A stretch of DNA of 38,350 bases. Origin: a virus. The stretch is taken from UHGV virus genome UHGV-0182861, one strand, 5' to 3'. Both the position numbers and the translations under genes were made by a program. Shown piece by piece: positions 1 through 9,456 of this stretch (the first letter of the stretch is position 1; every line of letters begins with the position of its first letter). The notes beneath the pieces were generated by a model. That model was not told where the DNA came from. It saw only the letters and a program-made list of their open reading frames with translations, and ran no database searches.

Positions 1-235
1 GCTCTGAGCCCTCTCTCCCTAGCTTCCGCTCTTAAGACGGGGATCAAAGAGAGGTCAAACCCAAAAGAGATCGCGTGGATGCCCTGCCTGGGGTTGAAGC
101 GTTAAATCTAATCAGGCTAGTTTGTTAGTGGCGTGTCTGTCCGCAGCTGGCAAGCGAATGTAAAGACTGACTAAGCATGTAGTGCCGAGGATGTAGGAAT
201 TTCGGACGCGGGTTCAACTCCCGCCAGCTCCACCA
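1..235 (+). ncRNA. ssrA: tmRNA (ssrA), 3' portion; 5' end lies outside the window
   Basis: Sequence matches the recalled enterobacterial tmRNA 3' half, including the tag-reading-frame region and the tRNA-like end GGACGCGGGTTCAACTCCCGCCAGCTCCACCA ending near 235; followed by a hairpin terminator. Confidence 0.9.
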
Positions 236-237
236 AA
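191..237. repeat. att core direct repeat, copy 1 (ssrA 3' end; attL of prophage)
   Basis: 47-nt string atgtaggaatttcggacgcgggttcaactcccgccagctccaccaaa is repeated identically at 35222..35268. Confidence 0.85.
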
Positions 238-244
238 TAAATCA

Positions 245-278
245 AGGGGCTACGTGAAAGCGTAGCCCCTTTTTCTTT
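245..278 (+). terminator. Rho-independent terminator downstream of ssrA
   Basis: Hairpin aggggctacg / cgtagcccct with a 6-nt loop, followed by a ttttcttt run. Confidence 0.6.
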
Positions 279-281
279 GGT

Positions 282-303
282 AGTGGCGGCAAAATGGCGG
301 CAG
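282..303. promoter_or_regulatory. Candidate integrase arm-type site (tandem TGGCGGCA half-sites), left arm
   Basis: agTGGCGGCAaaaTGGCGGCAg lies about 45 bp inside the left att copy; a near-identical motif lies about 95 bp inside the right att copy (35106..35127). Confidence 0.3.
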
Positions 304-343
304 GCATTCAGTCAAGCCCAGTTGCTACTACATGCGATCGCAA

Positions 344-1117
344 TTACAACTTAAAGAGTTTTGCTTGCCCTGGATTAACAGCTTCGACGTAGTTTTTGAC
401 CCCTATTCTGTGCGGCTCATAATTGCTTGAATAGAAATCAATCAGGAAGTCACTCATTTTCTGAGATGTGACTTTCATAACTCCCTTACTCAAAGTTAAA
501 TTAAACACGCTAATCTTTGACGATGGTGCCTGAGTTTTACTCATGTTGGCTTGATAACCAGATTTACGCATTGCCACTAGTGCTTCGTCGTAAGCCGCTT
601 GTAATTGGGCCAAATCGTTTGACGAGATGATCACATCATCCATAAACACACTTAGCTTGAGATCATGATGTTTGTTCAATCGGCGTAGTAAGCTACCAAA
701 ATAACTTTTATCTAAGCAGAGGGTTGCAAGTATTGGAGATTGAACAAAACCAAAAGGGAGGACATGCTTATGTGGACTATGGGACAAGTTTCTTACAGTT
801 GAAAATGTTGAGATTTCCCGCGCTTGAGAATAGGTGAAGTAGCTCTTTAGATCACGGGTGATACGACTACGGCTCGTTGACTGAAAAAATTGTTTAATAT
901 CAACAACGGCAAAAAAATCACTTTTTAAGTGTAATCTGGCAGCTTTAAGATGCCCACCAGTTCTTAGATGGTAAAAATAGAGTGGCGGAATCCACTTGTT
1001 TCTGACAGCCTGAAGTATCTTCCCTCCGACTTTACGTGCCTCAACGCTTGGGACATAAACCCAAACCCCGGGCTTAATCTCAAATTTATCTTCCCACCTT
1101 TGAACTTCTATTGTCAT
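344..1117 (-). CDS. Reverse transcriptase, compact retron-like (257 aa)
   Basis: Translation shows RT motifs: FFAVVDIKQFFQS (motif 1/2 with catalytic D), LPFGFVQSPILATLCL (motif B'), SVFMDDVII (Y/FxDD box) and G-Y-Q-A-N-M-S-K-T (motif D/E-like). About 40% GC versus about 53% for phage core. Poor SD; start overlaps upstream ORF by 32 nt. Confidence 0.75.
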   Translation of the reverse strand: MTIEVQRWEDKFEIKPGVWVYVPSVEARKVGGKILQAVRNKWIPPLYFYHLRTGGHLKAARLHLKSDFFAVVDIKQFFQSTSRSRITRDLKSYFTYSQAREISTFSTVRNLSHSPHKHVLPFGFVQSPILATLCLDKSYFGSLLRRLNKHHDLKLSVFMDDVIISSNDLAQLQAAYDEALVAMRKSGYQANMSKTQAPSSKISVFNLTLSKGVMKVTSQKMSDFLIDFYSSNYEPHRIGVKNYVEAVNPGQAKLFKL

Positions 1118-1274
1118 GAGTTAAATTGTTGTAGTTGAAGGCCATGTTAAGAACGGCGTAAACCGCACCAACTAAGCCAACAAACGCGGTTGCGCATTTG
1201 AGCATAGCGGTGATCAGTTCAACACGCGCCTTAACTAAGCCAAGTTCGTTTGTATCCATAACTTGTTCCTCCAT
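1086..1274 (-). CDS. Small hydrophobic protein (62 aa), overlaps RT start
   Basis: ORF with SD (tcAGGTatct-ATG) and a single hydrophobic helix ATAFVGLVGAVYAVL. Could be spurious if the region is ncRNA. Confidence 0.4.
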   Translation of the reverse strand: MEEQVMDTNELGLVKARVELITAMLKCATAFVGLVGAVYAVLNMAFNYNNLTHDNRSSKVGR

Positions 1275-1500
1275 AGATACCTGACGTCTCTTAGCGCAAG
1301 CGCATGGCCCTAACTAAATAAAAAATAACAACCAGTTAGCCCAGAAAGCTTAACAAGTCGGCGTCCGATTACATGGCAATCAGGTAATCGGTCCGCAGTC
1401 GCAAAGCGACAAACTACATATCTACGGAGTGGGGATAAATCCCCGCTAACGTCAGGCATTGTTAATTTAACCTCAACTTATAGAAAAGTATAGTTTTAAA
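1275..1500 (-). ncRNA. Candidate structured leader / retron-like ncRNA upstream of the small ORF-RT pair
   Basis: About 225-nt non-coding stretch with an 8-bp inverted repeat (cctgacgt near 1280 and acgtcagg near 1449) flanking several hairpins (gtcgcAAAgcgac, ggggaTAAAtcccc, ccgattac..gtaatcgg). No experimental or covariance support. Confidence 0.2.
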
Positions 1501-1520
1501 TCATGTAGTTATGTCGCCAT

Positions 1521-1739
1521 TTAAATCGGCAAACCCACCTGTTTAAATTTATGAGGATGCGGCTGAACCGGATTTGACTCTTTTGGCGTTGCAATCGAAC
1601 GAACAAAAGTTTCATGGGTAACAAAAGTATGGCTGCAGTTAATGTTCTGGCACTGGTTGTAACGCTCTTTGGTCAATGAAGATACCTGAAAACTGCTGCG
1701 AGTATGGGCGGCACTTCCACACAGTGGGCAAATCATCAT
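1521..1739 (-). CDS. ogr: Late-gene transcriptional activator, zinc-finger (P2 Ogr / 186 B family)
   Basis: 72-aa product from internal Met (MMICPLCGSAAHTRSS...CQNINCSHTFVTHE) aligns with recalled P2 Ogr CPLC...CQNVNCS motif; the 103-aa track ORF is N-extended. Confidence 0.85.
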   Translation of the reverse strand: MMICPLCGSAAHTRSSFQVSSLTKERYNQCQNINCSHTFVTHETFVRSIATPKESNPVQPHPHKFKQVGLPI

Positions 1740-1828
1740 TTTCGAGTTCTCCCCATTTTTGCTAAATTCACAATAATGATACCGAATTATTCCATTTTGA
1801 AAACTTAAAAGTTCTCCATTGCGAAGAA

Positions 1829-2929
1829 TCATTCCATTTCGAAATCATCAATCTTCACTTCAAGCTCCAGACTGGTCGTAAAACCGTTATCCGGGCTGAC
1901 AGTATGCGTCAGGGTGGTAATAGTCCATTCCGCATCATCTATCTGCTGTTTAAAGCCACTGACTTTCACTGGCATTTCCGTGTAGAGATCTGCCCGCCCT
2001 TCCGCCAGTTGTAGCGAGAATGACGCAACGCCGCGTTGCAGGCGTTCCCACTGCATTTTCGCCGCTCGTTCGGCGTTGCTCCGGTTGGCATAAGTGCGAT
2101 TAAGTACCAGCACGTTTTCATCCGTACCCACCAGGTAATCGCCCTGCTTCGCTTCCGGCTCTTTCTTCTGCTTCTTAGTTCTGCGCTTACGCTTCACCGT
2201 GGTGCTTTCTTTCTTCGCAGGTTCACGGGTATGCAACCAGCTGGCAATTACGCCCGTGTAGGCTCCGCGATCTGCCAGGGTAAAGCGGTGACTGTCGCCG
2301 TCCTTGCGTGTGATAGTGATCACTGGCAGTGGTTTACCAGTGGCGCTTTTGCCCTGCCCCTGCCGGATGAATAACAGATTGCCATTTTTCACCGACGCGA
2401 TGGCACCGTACTGTCGCGCCAGTCGCATCAGAAAACTGCCGTCACTCTCATTAGTCTGGTCTATATGCTCCACGGGCTTATCCGACAGCTCTTTACCCAG
2501 TGCCATCTTCAGCTTGTGCCGCGCGGCTATTTCCTTCACCACTTCCCCGATGGTGGTGTTATGCCACGATTTTTCACGGCGGGTATTCAGGGTTTCCCGA
2601 AAATCAGCACTTCGCGCCCGGATAGTCAGGCGGTCCGGTGCGCCAGTGTGTTCAATCTCGTCCACCGTGAATGCCCCTTTCGGGAAAAGCGGCTGCCCCT
2701 TCCAGCCCAGCGCCAGCGTAATGACCGCACCACGGCGCGGCAGCACGATTTTTCCATCGGCGTCGTCCAGCTCCAGATCAAGCTGGTCCGCTTCAAATCC
2801 CCGGTTATCCGTCAGCGTCAGCCCCATCAGGCGGTTGTCCAGCACAGTGGTGATATCCCTGCCTTCAATACTGATGCTGAATGCCGGAGTTTTGTTGCCT
2901 TTGTTAAGCAGTTCAGAGCTGAAATTCAC
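1829..2929 (-). CDS. D: Tail protein gpD (late control gene D)
   Basis: 366-aa product in conserved P2 position ogr-D-U-T; sequence resembles P2 gpD. Confidence 0.85.
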   Translation of the reverse strand: MNFSSELLNKGNKTPAFSISIEGRDITTVLDNRLMGLTLTDNRGFEADQLDLELDDADGKIVLPRRGAVITLALGWKGQPLFPKGAFTVDEIEHTGAPDRLTIRARSADFRETLNTRREKSWHNTTIGEVVKEIAARHKLKMALGKELSDKPVEHIDQTNESDGSFLMRLARQYGAIASVKNGNLLFIRQGQGKSATGKPLPVITITRKDGDSHRFTLADRGAYTGVIASWLHTREPAKKESTTVKRKRRTKKQKKEPEAKQGDYLVGTDENVLVLNRTYANRSNAERAAKMQWERLQRGVASFSLQLAEGRADLYTEMPVKVSGFKQQIDDAEWTITTLTHTVSPDNGFTTSLELEVKIDDFEME

Positions 2930-3411
2930 GACAGCAGCCCTCCCACCGTTTTACTGATATCGCTTAAGGCAGATGTTGCCGTTCCCTGCAGATTATTCAG
3001 TTGCGCACTGAGATCACCGAACATATCGGACAGGGATTCATCCACGCGTTTTAGCGACAGGGTGAACTCAATCCTGCGCGGCATACCGTCGCGGAAAAAC
3101 TCCGTTTTAGTCTGATTCAGTCCCTCAATCACATACATGCCGTAAATCGTGCCGCTGCCTTCAATCAGGGGCCATGCTTTCCCCTGTTCTGCCATCTGCT
3201 CCAGTGCCAGCAACGACAGCCTGCCGCCTGTTATTTCCGGCATAAGAACGCCAGAAAGCGTCAGCATGTCGTTATCCGGTCCCAGAAACTGCGTTGACGG
3301 GCGTCGGTTAACCCGGCTGTTAGCCGCATGTCGCCAGCTGCGCTGATACTGCAGCTCCTGATACGGCACGGTGCGCAGCATAAACACGTATAATCCCAGC
3401 ACCATCATCAT
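2926..3411 (-). CDS. U: Tail protein gpU
   Basis: N-terminus MMMVLGLYVFMLRT matches recalled P2 gpU; 4-nt overlap with D. Confidence 0.9.
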   Translation of the reverse strand: MMMVLGLYVFMLRTVPYQELQYQRSWRHAANSRVNRRPSTQFLGPDNDMLTLSGVLMPEITGGRLSLLALEQMAEQGKAWPLIEGSGTIYGMYVIEGLNQTKTEFFRDGMPRRIEFTLSLKRVDESLSDMFGDLSAQLNNLQGTATSALSDISKTVGGLLS

Positions 3412-6400
3412 GCGTCGTATCCCCCCTGATCGCTGTAGTTACTCCTGGCTTTTGCCTTCAGCCTGCGTTCACGTTCATCAAGCTGGCGGGCCACCTCCCG
3501 CGCAATATCCTGCGCACTTTGTCCTGGCTGCGTCTGAATGATGATCTGCGTCGGTGCCTCAATCCGTTGAACGGGCGGCACAGTGGCTGCACGACTCAAC
3601 ATCGCTTCGCCGCCTTTCGCGGGAAGTGCCAACGGATGCAACGGTGGAAGCTCTGCAGGCGCGGCAGCAACACCCATCATTCCGGCAACAACGGCAGCCA
3701 GTGCAGCTGTATTTCTCCGGCTGGTCACATTTGCCGGGCCGTTAACAATTTCCGGCCCGTTTTCACCGACGATGCCAAACTGCCCGCGCGGGATATAGCC
3801 GCCGCTGTCATACATCCCCGCAAAGCCATATCCCCATGACGGAAAACCACCCGATGGCATCATCACTTTACCGTCTGCATTCACCGTCGCAGGTTGCTGA
3901 CGCGTCACGCTTTCCGGCAGTTTCGCCTTTGCAGCCTCTTTACTGACAATGCCGAGTTTCTCCAGCAACCAGGAAACGCCAGATTTCAGGGAGTCCAGCG
4001 GATGCATGACCATATTCAGCCCTTCCGCCAGTGCCTCCCCGAATCTCCGCCCCATTGCCGCTGCACTCTGCAGTTCGGCAGAGGTCGACTTAACGGGCGT
4101 CAGCAGATCAGTAAACCAGCCCCACAGCGCCTGCACTTTGTCGCCAATCCACTGGAACACAGGCTTAAGCGGTTCGAACGCTGCACTGATGGGACCTGCC
4201 GCCGCTTTGAATCCTTCCACCACGCCACCGAGAAATGCGGTGATGGGTTGCCAGTATTTCCAGACAACCAGTGCCACACCCGCCAGTGCAGCAACCACAA
4301 GACCTATCGGACTGAGCAGAGCACCTAACAGACCAGATACGGCATACAGGGCAACGCGCAACATCGCCAGTGGACCAGATGCCAGTACTCGCAGCACCGT
4401 GCCTGTGGCAGCCAGCCCGCCGCGTAGTGCTGCCAGTGGATTCATAAACATCACAGCAACCGCACGTAAACCGGATAATCCAGACCGCAACAGTGCAACC
4501 GGCGCATCTGCTACAGTTTTCAGGACATTTCCCGTCAGTGATGCCGTGCGGTGCAAAGACGACAACGGCGCAGTAAGTAAACCCGCTGCGTTGCCCGATG
4601 AAGCAAGCCCGCGTCGCAGCAGTGCCAGTGGAGCGCCAGCCAGCCAGGACAACGCGCTGCTGGTTCGAGTTACTGCTGCCGTAACGGAAGGTAACGTTTT
4701 GATACCCAGCACAGAGAATCCCAGACGGATCACTGCCAGCGGCCCCAGCACTGCAGCCAGCGCCACCGCTAAGGTGCCGAGGCCTACGGTAACCGCAGCC
4801 ACAACAGCCGCTACTTTCATCAGTGTGCCTGTCAGTTCCGGGTTAGCTTCCACCCAGCGGCGCAACGCCCCCGTAATGCTTTTCACCGTGTACAGAATAT
4901 CCATCAGCGGCTGGCGCAGCGTTTCGCCCAGGCTGCTGAAGGTGTTCTGCGCTCCGGTTTTAACCAGCAACCACTGAGCAGAAAGTGAGTCCTTGTTGAT
5001 GTCGGATTCTTTCTGCATGGAACCGAGCGCATCATTGCCCGCTGTCAGTTTTAGCTGGCGCTGCAGTTCCGGCAGGTTGTTTGCCAGTTTCGCCGCGTCA
5101 TCACCAAACTCTTTACCAAACAACATGGTCATGGCAGACAGACGCTTGTCCTGCGGCAGTGCGTTCACCTTCTCCAGCACACGCTGGATAGTTCCCATCG
5201 CATCCTTCGTCATCTGCTTTTCAATCACTTCAGGATTGAGTTTCAGCAGATTCATCCCTTCAAAGAAACTCTTGCTTTGCATGGTGGCAATGGACAATTC
5301 ACGCACCATCGCGTTTGCTGCACTGGCTGCAACCTCCGGCGCAGCGCCCAGTGTCAGAAAGGTGGAACCCAGTGCCGCCGCTTTACGATAATCCAGACGG
5401 TCAGCCACACCGCCCAGACGTTGCATGACATCAATGATGTCCGCCCCTTTTGACATGGCGTTATCATCCAGATAGTTCAGCGCATCGCCGAGCTGTTCAA
5501 TATTACGGGTAGGTATTTTGTAGAGCTGGGCGATTTTCCCCAGACTTTCTGACAGTTCATCCGCTGGCAGCTCAAAGGCTATTGCCGCCTTTGCCGCCGT
5601 ACTGGCGAAGGCCAGCAGGTCACGTTTCTGGTCTTCCCAGCTGTCGTCAGGGTTTGCGACGTTCATACGCGCACCACCTTCAACCAGTGCAGCGAAGTCC
5701 ACCGCACCGTTTTCCATCGGCAACTGTTCGCTGGCAGCCTTGATGGCATCCTGCATTTCATAAAAACGTGCAGTGCGGTTGCCATTATCGTCACGCAGAC
5801 CATTGACCTGCTTTGCCACACCTTTCATGGCATCTTCCATGCTGGTATAGCTTTTTACTGCCGCCATCACTGGTGTCCCCATTGCCAGCCCTGCAGCCGT
5901 GGTGGTGGCTCCGGCTCCTGCAATACGATCACGCACCTCCAGCGAACGGGCATAACTGGCACGCGCCGCATTCATCCTGCGCTGAGCTTCCCCCAGTCGC
6001 TTCAGCCGCGCCTCCTGTTTTGACAATTCCTGGTTATAACGTGATGTTTCACGGGCTAAACGGGCAGTTGCTCCCGCATCATCTTTCGCAGAAATTCCCG
6101 CCCGATACAGTTCTGCACGCACAAGCGCCGTTTGCTTCTGCAAATATTTTTGTTGTTCTTCCAGGCGTTGGACTGCCAGCGTTTGCCGACCTAAAGCCAC
6201 AAGGTGCCGTTGTGATGGTTGTTCCATCGCTTCCAGCTCAGAACTAAGCAAATTTGCCTTCTGTCTGGCATAGTTCAGCCTGTCGCCTAACCTTTTGTTA
6301 TCGGCCTGCAGCTTGCGAAATTTTTCCAGGCTGTTACCCGCCTGATTGAGTTGCTTTAATGCGTCACGGGAGTTTCTGATTGCGCCAGCCAGCTCTTTCG

Positions 6401-6485
6401 AACTGGCCTGTGCAGCACGGAATGGGCGGGTGAGTTTGTCAACCGCATTAAGAATGACCTGCAGGCGCAGGTTATTATCACTCAT
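3408..6485 (-). CDS. T: Tail tape measure protein gpT
   Basis: 1025-aa Ala/Gly-rich, coiled-coil-rich protein downstream of E/E'; start overlaps E' stop (ATGAGTGA). Confidence 0.9.
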   Translation of the reverse strand: MSDNNLRLQVILNAVDKLTRPFRAAQASSKELAGAIRNSRDALKQLNQAGNSLEKFRKLQADNKRLGDRLNYARQKANLLSSELEAMEQPSQRHLVALGRQTLAVQRLEEQQKYLQKQTALVRAELYRAGISAKDDAGATARLARETSRYNQELSKQEARLKRLGEAQRRMNAARASYARSLEVRDRIAGAGATTTAAGLAMGTPVMAAVKSYTSMEDAMKGVAKQVNGLRDDNGNRTARFYEMQDAIKAASEQLPMENGAVDFAALVEGGARMNVANPDDSWEDQKRDLLAFASTAAKAAIAFELPADELSESLGKIAQLYKIPTRNIEQLGDALNYLDDNAMSKGADIIDVMQRLGGVADRLDYRKAAALGSTFLTLGAAPEVAASAANAMVRELSIATMQSKSFFEGMNLLKLNPEVIEKQMTKDAMGTIQRVLEKVNALPQDKRLSAMTMLFGKEFGDDAAKLANNLPELQRQLKLTAGNDALGSMQKESDINKDSLSAQWLLVKTGAQNTFSSLGETLRQPLMDILYTVKSITGALRRWVEANPELTGTLMKVAAVVAAVTVGLGTLAVALAAVLGPLAVIRLGFSVLGIKTLPSVTAAVTRTSSALSWLAGAPLALLRRGLASSGNAAGLLTAPLSSLHRTASLTGNVLKTVADAPVALLRSGLSGLRAVAVMFMNPLAALRGGLAATGTVLRVLASGPLAMLRVALYAVSGLLGALLSPIGLVVAALAGVALVVWKYWQPITAFLGGVVEGFKAAAGPISAAFEPLKPVFQWIGDKVQALWGWFTDLLTPVKSTSAELQSAAAMGRRFGEALAEGLNMVMHPLDSLKSGVSWLLEKLGIVSKEAAKAKLPESVTRQQPATVNADGKVMMPSGGFPSWGYGFAGMYDSGGYIPRGQFGIVGENGPEIVNGPANVTSRRNTAALAAVVAGMMGVAAAPAELPPLHPLALPAKGGEAMLSRAATVPPVQRIEAPTQIIIQTQPGQSAQDIAREVARQLDERERRLKAKARSNYSDQGGYDA

Positions 6486-6914
6486 CGTTGGCCCCGCTTC
6501 TCTGAATCGCTTTATACCGCCATTCCAGCACTTCTGTCAGCGGCATAACGTCAGTAACGGATGGCGGCCAGTGAAAAATGGTGGCGATATCTGCCACCAG
6601 ATCGTCAACCGTCAGGCTGTCGGTAAACCGGCAAGCACCGACTTCTTCAACAAAAAAGTGACAACCTCAACCGACATGGCAGTGAGATCTGCCGGGTCCA
6701 TCTCTGCAATTTCCTGTGCGGTCAGTGCCGGGCTGGAGATGCGGGGGATCACGGTCATCATCGCGTTCACATCCATATCCATAATGGCCTGCAGGCGTGT
6801 ACCGCGCAGCGCACCGGACTGCGGTTTACGCAGCACAATTTCGGTGATTTCAGTTTTACCACGCTTGATGGGGGTATCCAGTTGAATGGTCTTTTCAGTC
6901 TGCTTATCGCTCAT
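6478..6914 (-). CDS. E: Tail assembly chaperone gpE and frameshift-extended E+E' (gpE alone = 6612..6914)
   Basis: 100-aa E ORF contains slippery T-TTT-TTG (plus strand caaaaaa, 6651..6657); the -1 frame stays open to a TGA at 6478..6480 overlapping the T start, as in P2 E/E'. Confidence 0.8.
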
Positions 6915-6968
6915 TTTGCTGTCCTGTAAATTGGGTCCTGGCGCGGCATTCCGCGCCGTTCAGATACA

Positions 6969-7484
6969 TCAGAGGCCGAGGGCGTTGCGGTGCGCTTCCA
7001 TCAGGTCCACACCGTCCACAATTTCCACCATGTTGATAAGGTCCACTTCATAGAGCACCTCACCATTGATGGTCAGCTTCGCGTAGCTGTTGGTACTGGT
7101 CACTTTGGTGGTGTTGCTTTCGCCCGTCTTCCACTCGCCGGAATCCACTTCTTTGTGACGCCCACGCACGACAAGCTCCACGGCCTGCACTTCCCCGGTA
7201 TCGTCACGCTGGATAGAGCCGGTAAAGCGCAGTTGGATGCCATCCACCGTGGATTTGCCCATCTGCTTAAACAGCAGCAGTTCAGTACCACCAATGGAAA
7301 ATTCTGTGTCCAGAGCACTGTCATCAAGACCCAGATCCACATCCACCGCCCCCGGCATTCCGCCGCCGCGATACTTCTCATATTTGCGGGTGAATTTCGG
7401 CAGCGTCAGCGACTCAACGATCCCCTGCCAGTTGTTCCCGTCGTTAAACAGGTTCAGGTGTTTTAATTTGCGTGGTAAAGCCAT
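6969..7484 (-). CDS. FII: Tail tube protein gpFII
   Basis: 171-aa product following the sheath gene in P2 order. Confidence 0.9.
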   Translation of the reverse strand: MALPRKLKHLNLFNDGNNWQGIVESLTLPKFTRKYEKYRGGGMPGAVDVDLGLDDSALDTEFSIGGTELLLFKQMGKSTVDGIQLRFTGSIQRDDTGEVQAVELVVRGRHKEVDSGEWKTGESNTTKVTSTNSYAKLTINGEVLYEVDLINMVEIVDGVDLMEAHRNALGL

Positions 7485-7493
7485 GTTATCCCC

Positions 7494-8666
7494 TTACGCG
7501 CTGACCTGGCTGGAGAAATTCACCAGGTACTGATCGGTGATGCGCTGACGCAGCATCAGGTTTTCAAGTGGCGGCACTGGCGTGTAGTCGTAGTCGATGG
7601 TGAGCTTCCCGGCTTTCAGAGTATCTTTGTCGTTCACCGACTCATCCAGCCAGCAATCACCACCAATGAGATAGCCCTGACTGACCAGGCTGCGCATTTT
7701 GGCGCGGATACCTTCGATAATGTCGCGGGCCAACGACGGGTTCAGCGGTTTGTCCACCGCCCACATATGCGCTTCTGCCATTGTGTCCATAAGTACCTGC
7801 GCCGTGCGGGTGTAGTTTTCGAAGGCAAAGAGCGGGTCATCACTCAGGCAGCGGGAACCCCAGAAGCGGAAACCGTCTTTGCGGATAAGGGTGGTGACGT
7901 CGTTCTGGTTCAGCAGTCCCGCATCTGTTGCCGTGTCCTGCAGATCCCAGAACACATCAGCAGAAATTCCGGTGACACCGTTAACGCCCACGTTGGACAG
8001 GCTTTTGTGCCATCCGGTCTGCTCGTCAATTTTAGCGCGCAGACCAAGCGCACGGGCGGTGGCATAAGCCGTTGCTTCGGCATTCAGCACCGTGTCCCAG
8101 CCAGTAAAGTCGGGCCAGATCAGCATCCCTTCGCGCTGGCTGAAGTTTTCACGGTAAGTGATCGCCTCCTGTACCGTCTTGCAGCCATACGCTGACAGGT
8201 AAGCAAACCCACGCAGGCTTTGCGCCACGCTCAGCAACTCAGTCGCTACCGCCTTGGTGTCGTGGCCTGGCACGCCGAGAATGCGCGGTTTAACGCCGAG
8301 CTGTGACTGGGCAGATAACAGGGCTTTCATGCCTGTTTTTTTACCTTCAGCAGTCACTGCGCCGATGATATTGGTCGTGGTTTCTTCTTCCGTTTCACCC
8401 TGCGGCACACGCACAACAATGGTCACGGGTTTTGCCTGGTCAGCGATGGCATCCAGCGAACGGGCCAGTGTGCCGGACTCACCCGCTTTACCACTGGCGG
8501 TAAGCACATCAGTGATCAGCACGGGTTTATTAAGAGGAAACATTTTTGCATCGGCATCATCGCCCGTGCAGACCATGCCCACGATGGCGGTGCTCACCGT
8601 GGTAATGGATCGGGTGCCTTCGTTGACTTCAACAACGCGCACCCCGTGGTGGTAATCCTGAGCCAT
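7494..8666 (-). CDS. FI: Contractile tail sheath protein gpFI
   Basis: 390-aa product [19 protein letters not shown]... resembles P2 FI. Confidence 0.9.
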   Translation of the reverse strand: MAQDYHHGVRVVEVNEGTRSITTVSTAIVGMVCTGDDADAKMFPLNKPVLITDVLTASGKAGESGTLARSLDAIADQAKPVTIVVRVPQGETEEETTTNIIGAVTAEGKKTGMKALLSAQSQLGVKPRILGVPGHDTKAVATELLSVAQSLRGFAYLSAYGCKTVQEAITYRENFSQREGMLIWPDFTGWDTVLNAEATAYATARALGLRAKIDEQTGWHKSLSNVGVNGVTGISADVFWDLQDTATDAGLLNQNDVTTLIRKDGFRFWGSRCLSDDPLFAFENYTRTAQVLMDTMAEAHMWAVDKPLNPSLARDIIEGIRAKMRSLVSQGYLIGGDCWLDESVNDKDTLKAGKLTIDYDYTPVPPLENLMLRQRITDQYLVNFSSQVSA

Positions 8667-8742
8667 AGTGGCGAACCTCCTGATTGGATTAGGCTTCGCC
8701 CTATGTTGAAGTGATTGTGCCTGACAAACAGCTAAGCGCGGT

Positions 8743-8760
8743 TGTGTCGTTATTCACACA
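8743..8760. promoter_or_regulatory. Late promoter activator site (TGT-N12-ACA) upstream of FI
   Basis: tgtGTCGTTATTCACaca in the FI upstream region; matches the Ogr-site dyad pattern of P2 late promoters. Confidence 0.55.
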
Positions 8761-8808
8761 AAATGACGGTATTTGTCTACTTGCAGGGATAATCAAAATA
8801 ATGCTGAT

Positions 8809-9375
8809 TCAGGGGGATTCATTGCTCTTATTTGCCGGAAATTTTCTATAAATGGTAGAAACGCCTACATCAAAAATCAGTGCAATACGCTGTCTTGATT
8901 CTCCGGCCTCGAGTAAACGCCCAATCTGTGCCCACTGTTCGGTGGTCAACTTAGGACGGCGTCCACCTACTCTGCCTTTGGCACGAGCTGCAGCCAGCCC
9001 TGCCATGGTACGTTCAACTATCAGTTCGCGTTCCATTTCAGCCAGGACCCCTATGACATGAAAAAAGAAACGGCCCATTGGGGTGCTGGTATCAATACTG
9101 TCAGTCAGGCTTCGGAAATTCACGCCACGCTGACGCAACTCTTCTATCAGTGTAACAAGATGCCGCATACTGCGCCCCAACCTGTCCAGCTTCCAGACAA
9201 CCAGAGTGTCTCCTGCCGATAGTGTCCTGAGCAGTTTTTTAAGCCCCGGTCTGTCGGACTTAGTGCCACTGATTTTATCCTCAAAAATCCGCTCACATCC
9301 CGCGCAGTTCAGTGCATTACGTTGCAAATCGGTGTTCTGGTCATTTGTTGACACGCGTACATAGCCAATAAGCAT
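8809..9375 (-). CDS. Serine DNA invertase (Gin/Hin/Cin/Pin family)
   Basis: MLIGYVRVSTNDQNTDLQ...GDTLVVWKLDRLGRS...C-terminal HTH; start trimmed to MLIGY with SD AGGGGA upstream. Confidence 0.9.
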   Translation of the reverse strand: MLIGYVRVSTNDQNTDLQRNALNCAGCERIFEDKISGTKSDRPGLKKLLRTLSAGDTLVVWKLDRLGRSMRHLVTLIEELRQRGVNFRSLTDSIDTSTPMGRFFFHVIGVLAEMERELIVERTMAGLAAARAKGRVGGRRPKLTTEQWAQIGRLLEAGESRQRIALIFDVGVSTIYRKFPANKSNESP

Positions 9376-9430
9376 GATCAATCCCCTGAATAAAAACCGT
9401 GGATGATGCCAGTTAGCCATTATCTCTGCA

Positions 9431-9456
9431 TTTTCATAAACGTTGGTTTAGGAGAA
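9431..9456. repeat. Invertase crossover site, left (inverted copy)
   Basis: Reverse complement ttctcctaaaccaacgtttatgaaaa matches 21 of 26 positions of the site at 11307..11332; both resemble gix/hix dyad half-sites around a central AA. Confidence 0.7.

Noticed and set aside
344-1117. RT as a group II intron or DGR reverse transcriptase
   Set aside because: Far too short; no maturase or endonuclease domain, no intron RNA domain V-like structure, and no template/variable repeat pair or target gene nearby.
1275-1520. A separate P2-type attP core between ogr and the RT that would make the RT islet an independent element
   Set aside because: Only a weak 10-of-14 similarity (tttaaatcatgtag versus tttataatttgtag near 33543) was found with the int-distal end; the ssrA repeats and the paired TGGCGGCA motifs fit a single element better. 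Left open as an alternative.
2304-3115. Plus-strand ORFs of 217 and 216 aa overlapping D and U
   Set aside because: Antisense to confidently assigned tail genes; Arg/Ser/Pro-rich translation typical of wrong-frame reads.
3949-4977. 342-aa plus-strand ORF inside the tape measure gene
   Set aside because: Antisense shadow ORF in GC-rich, Ala-rich coding DNA; the minus-strand gpT is intact with correct neighbours and coupling.
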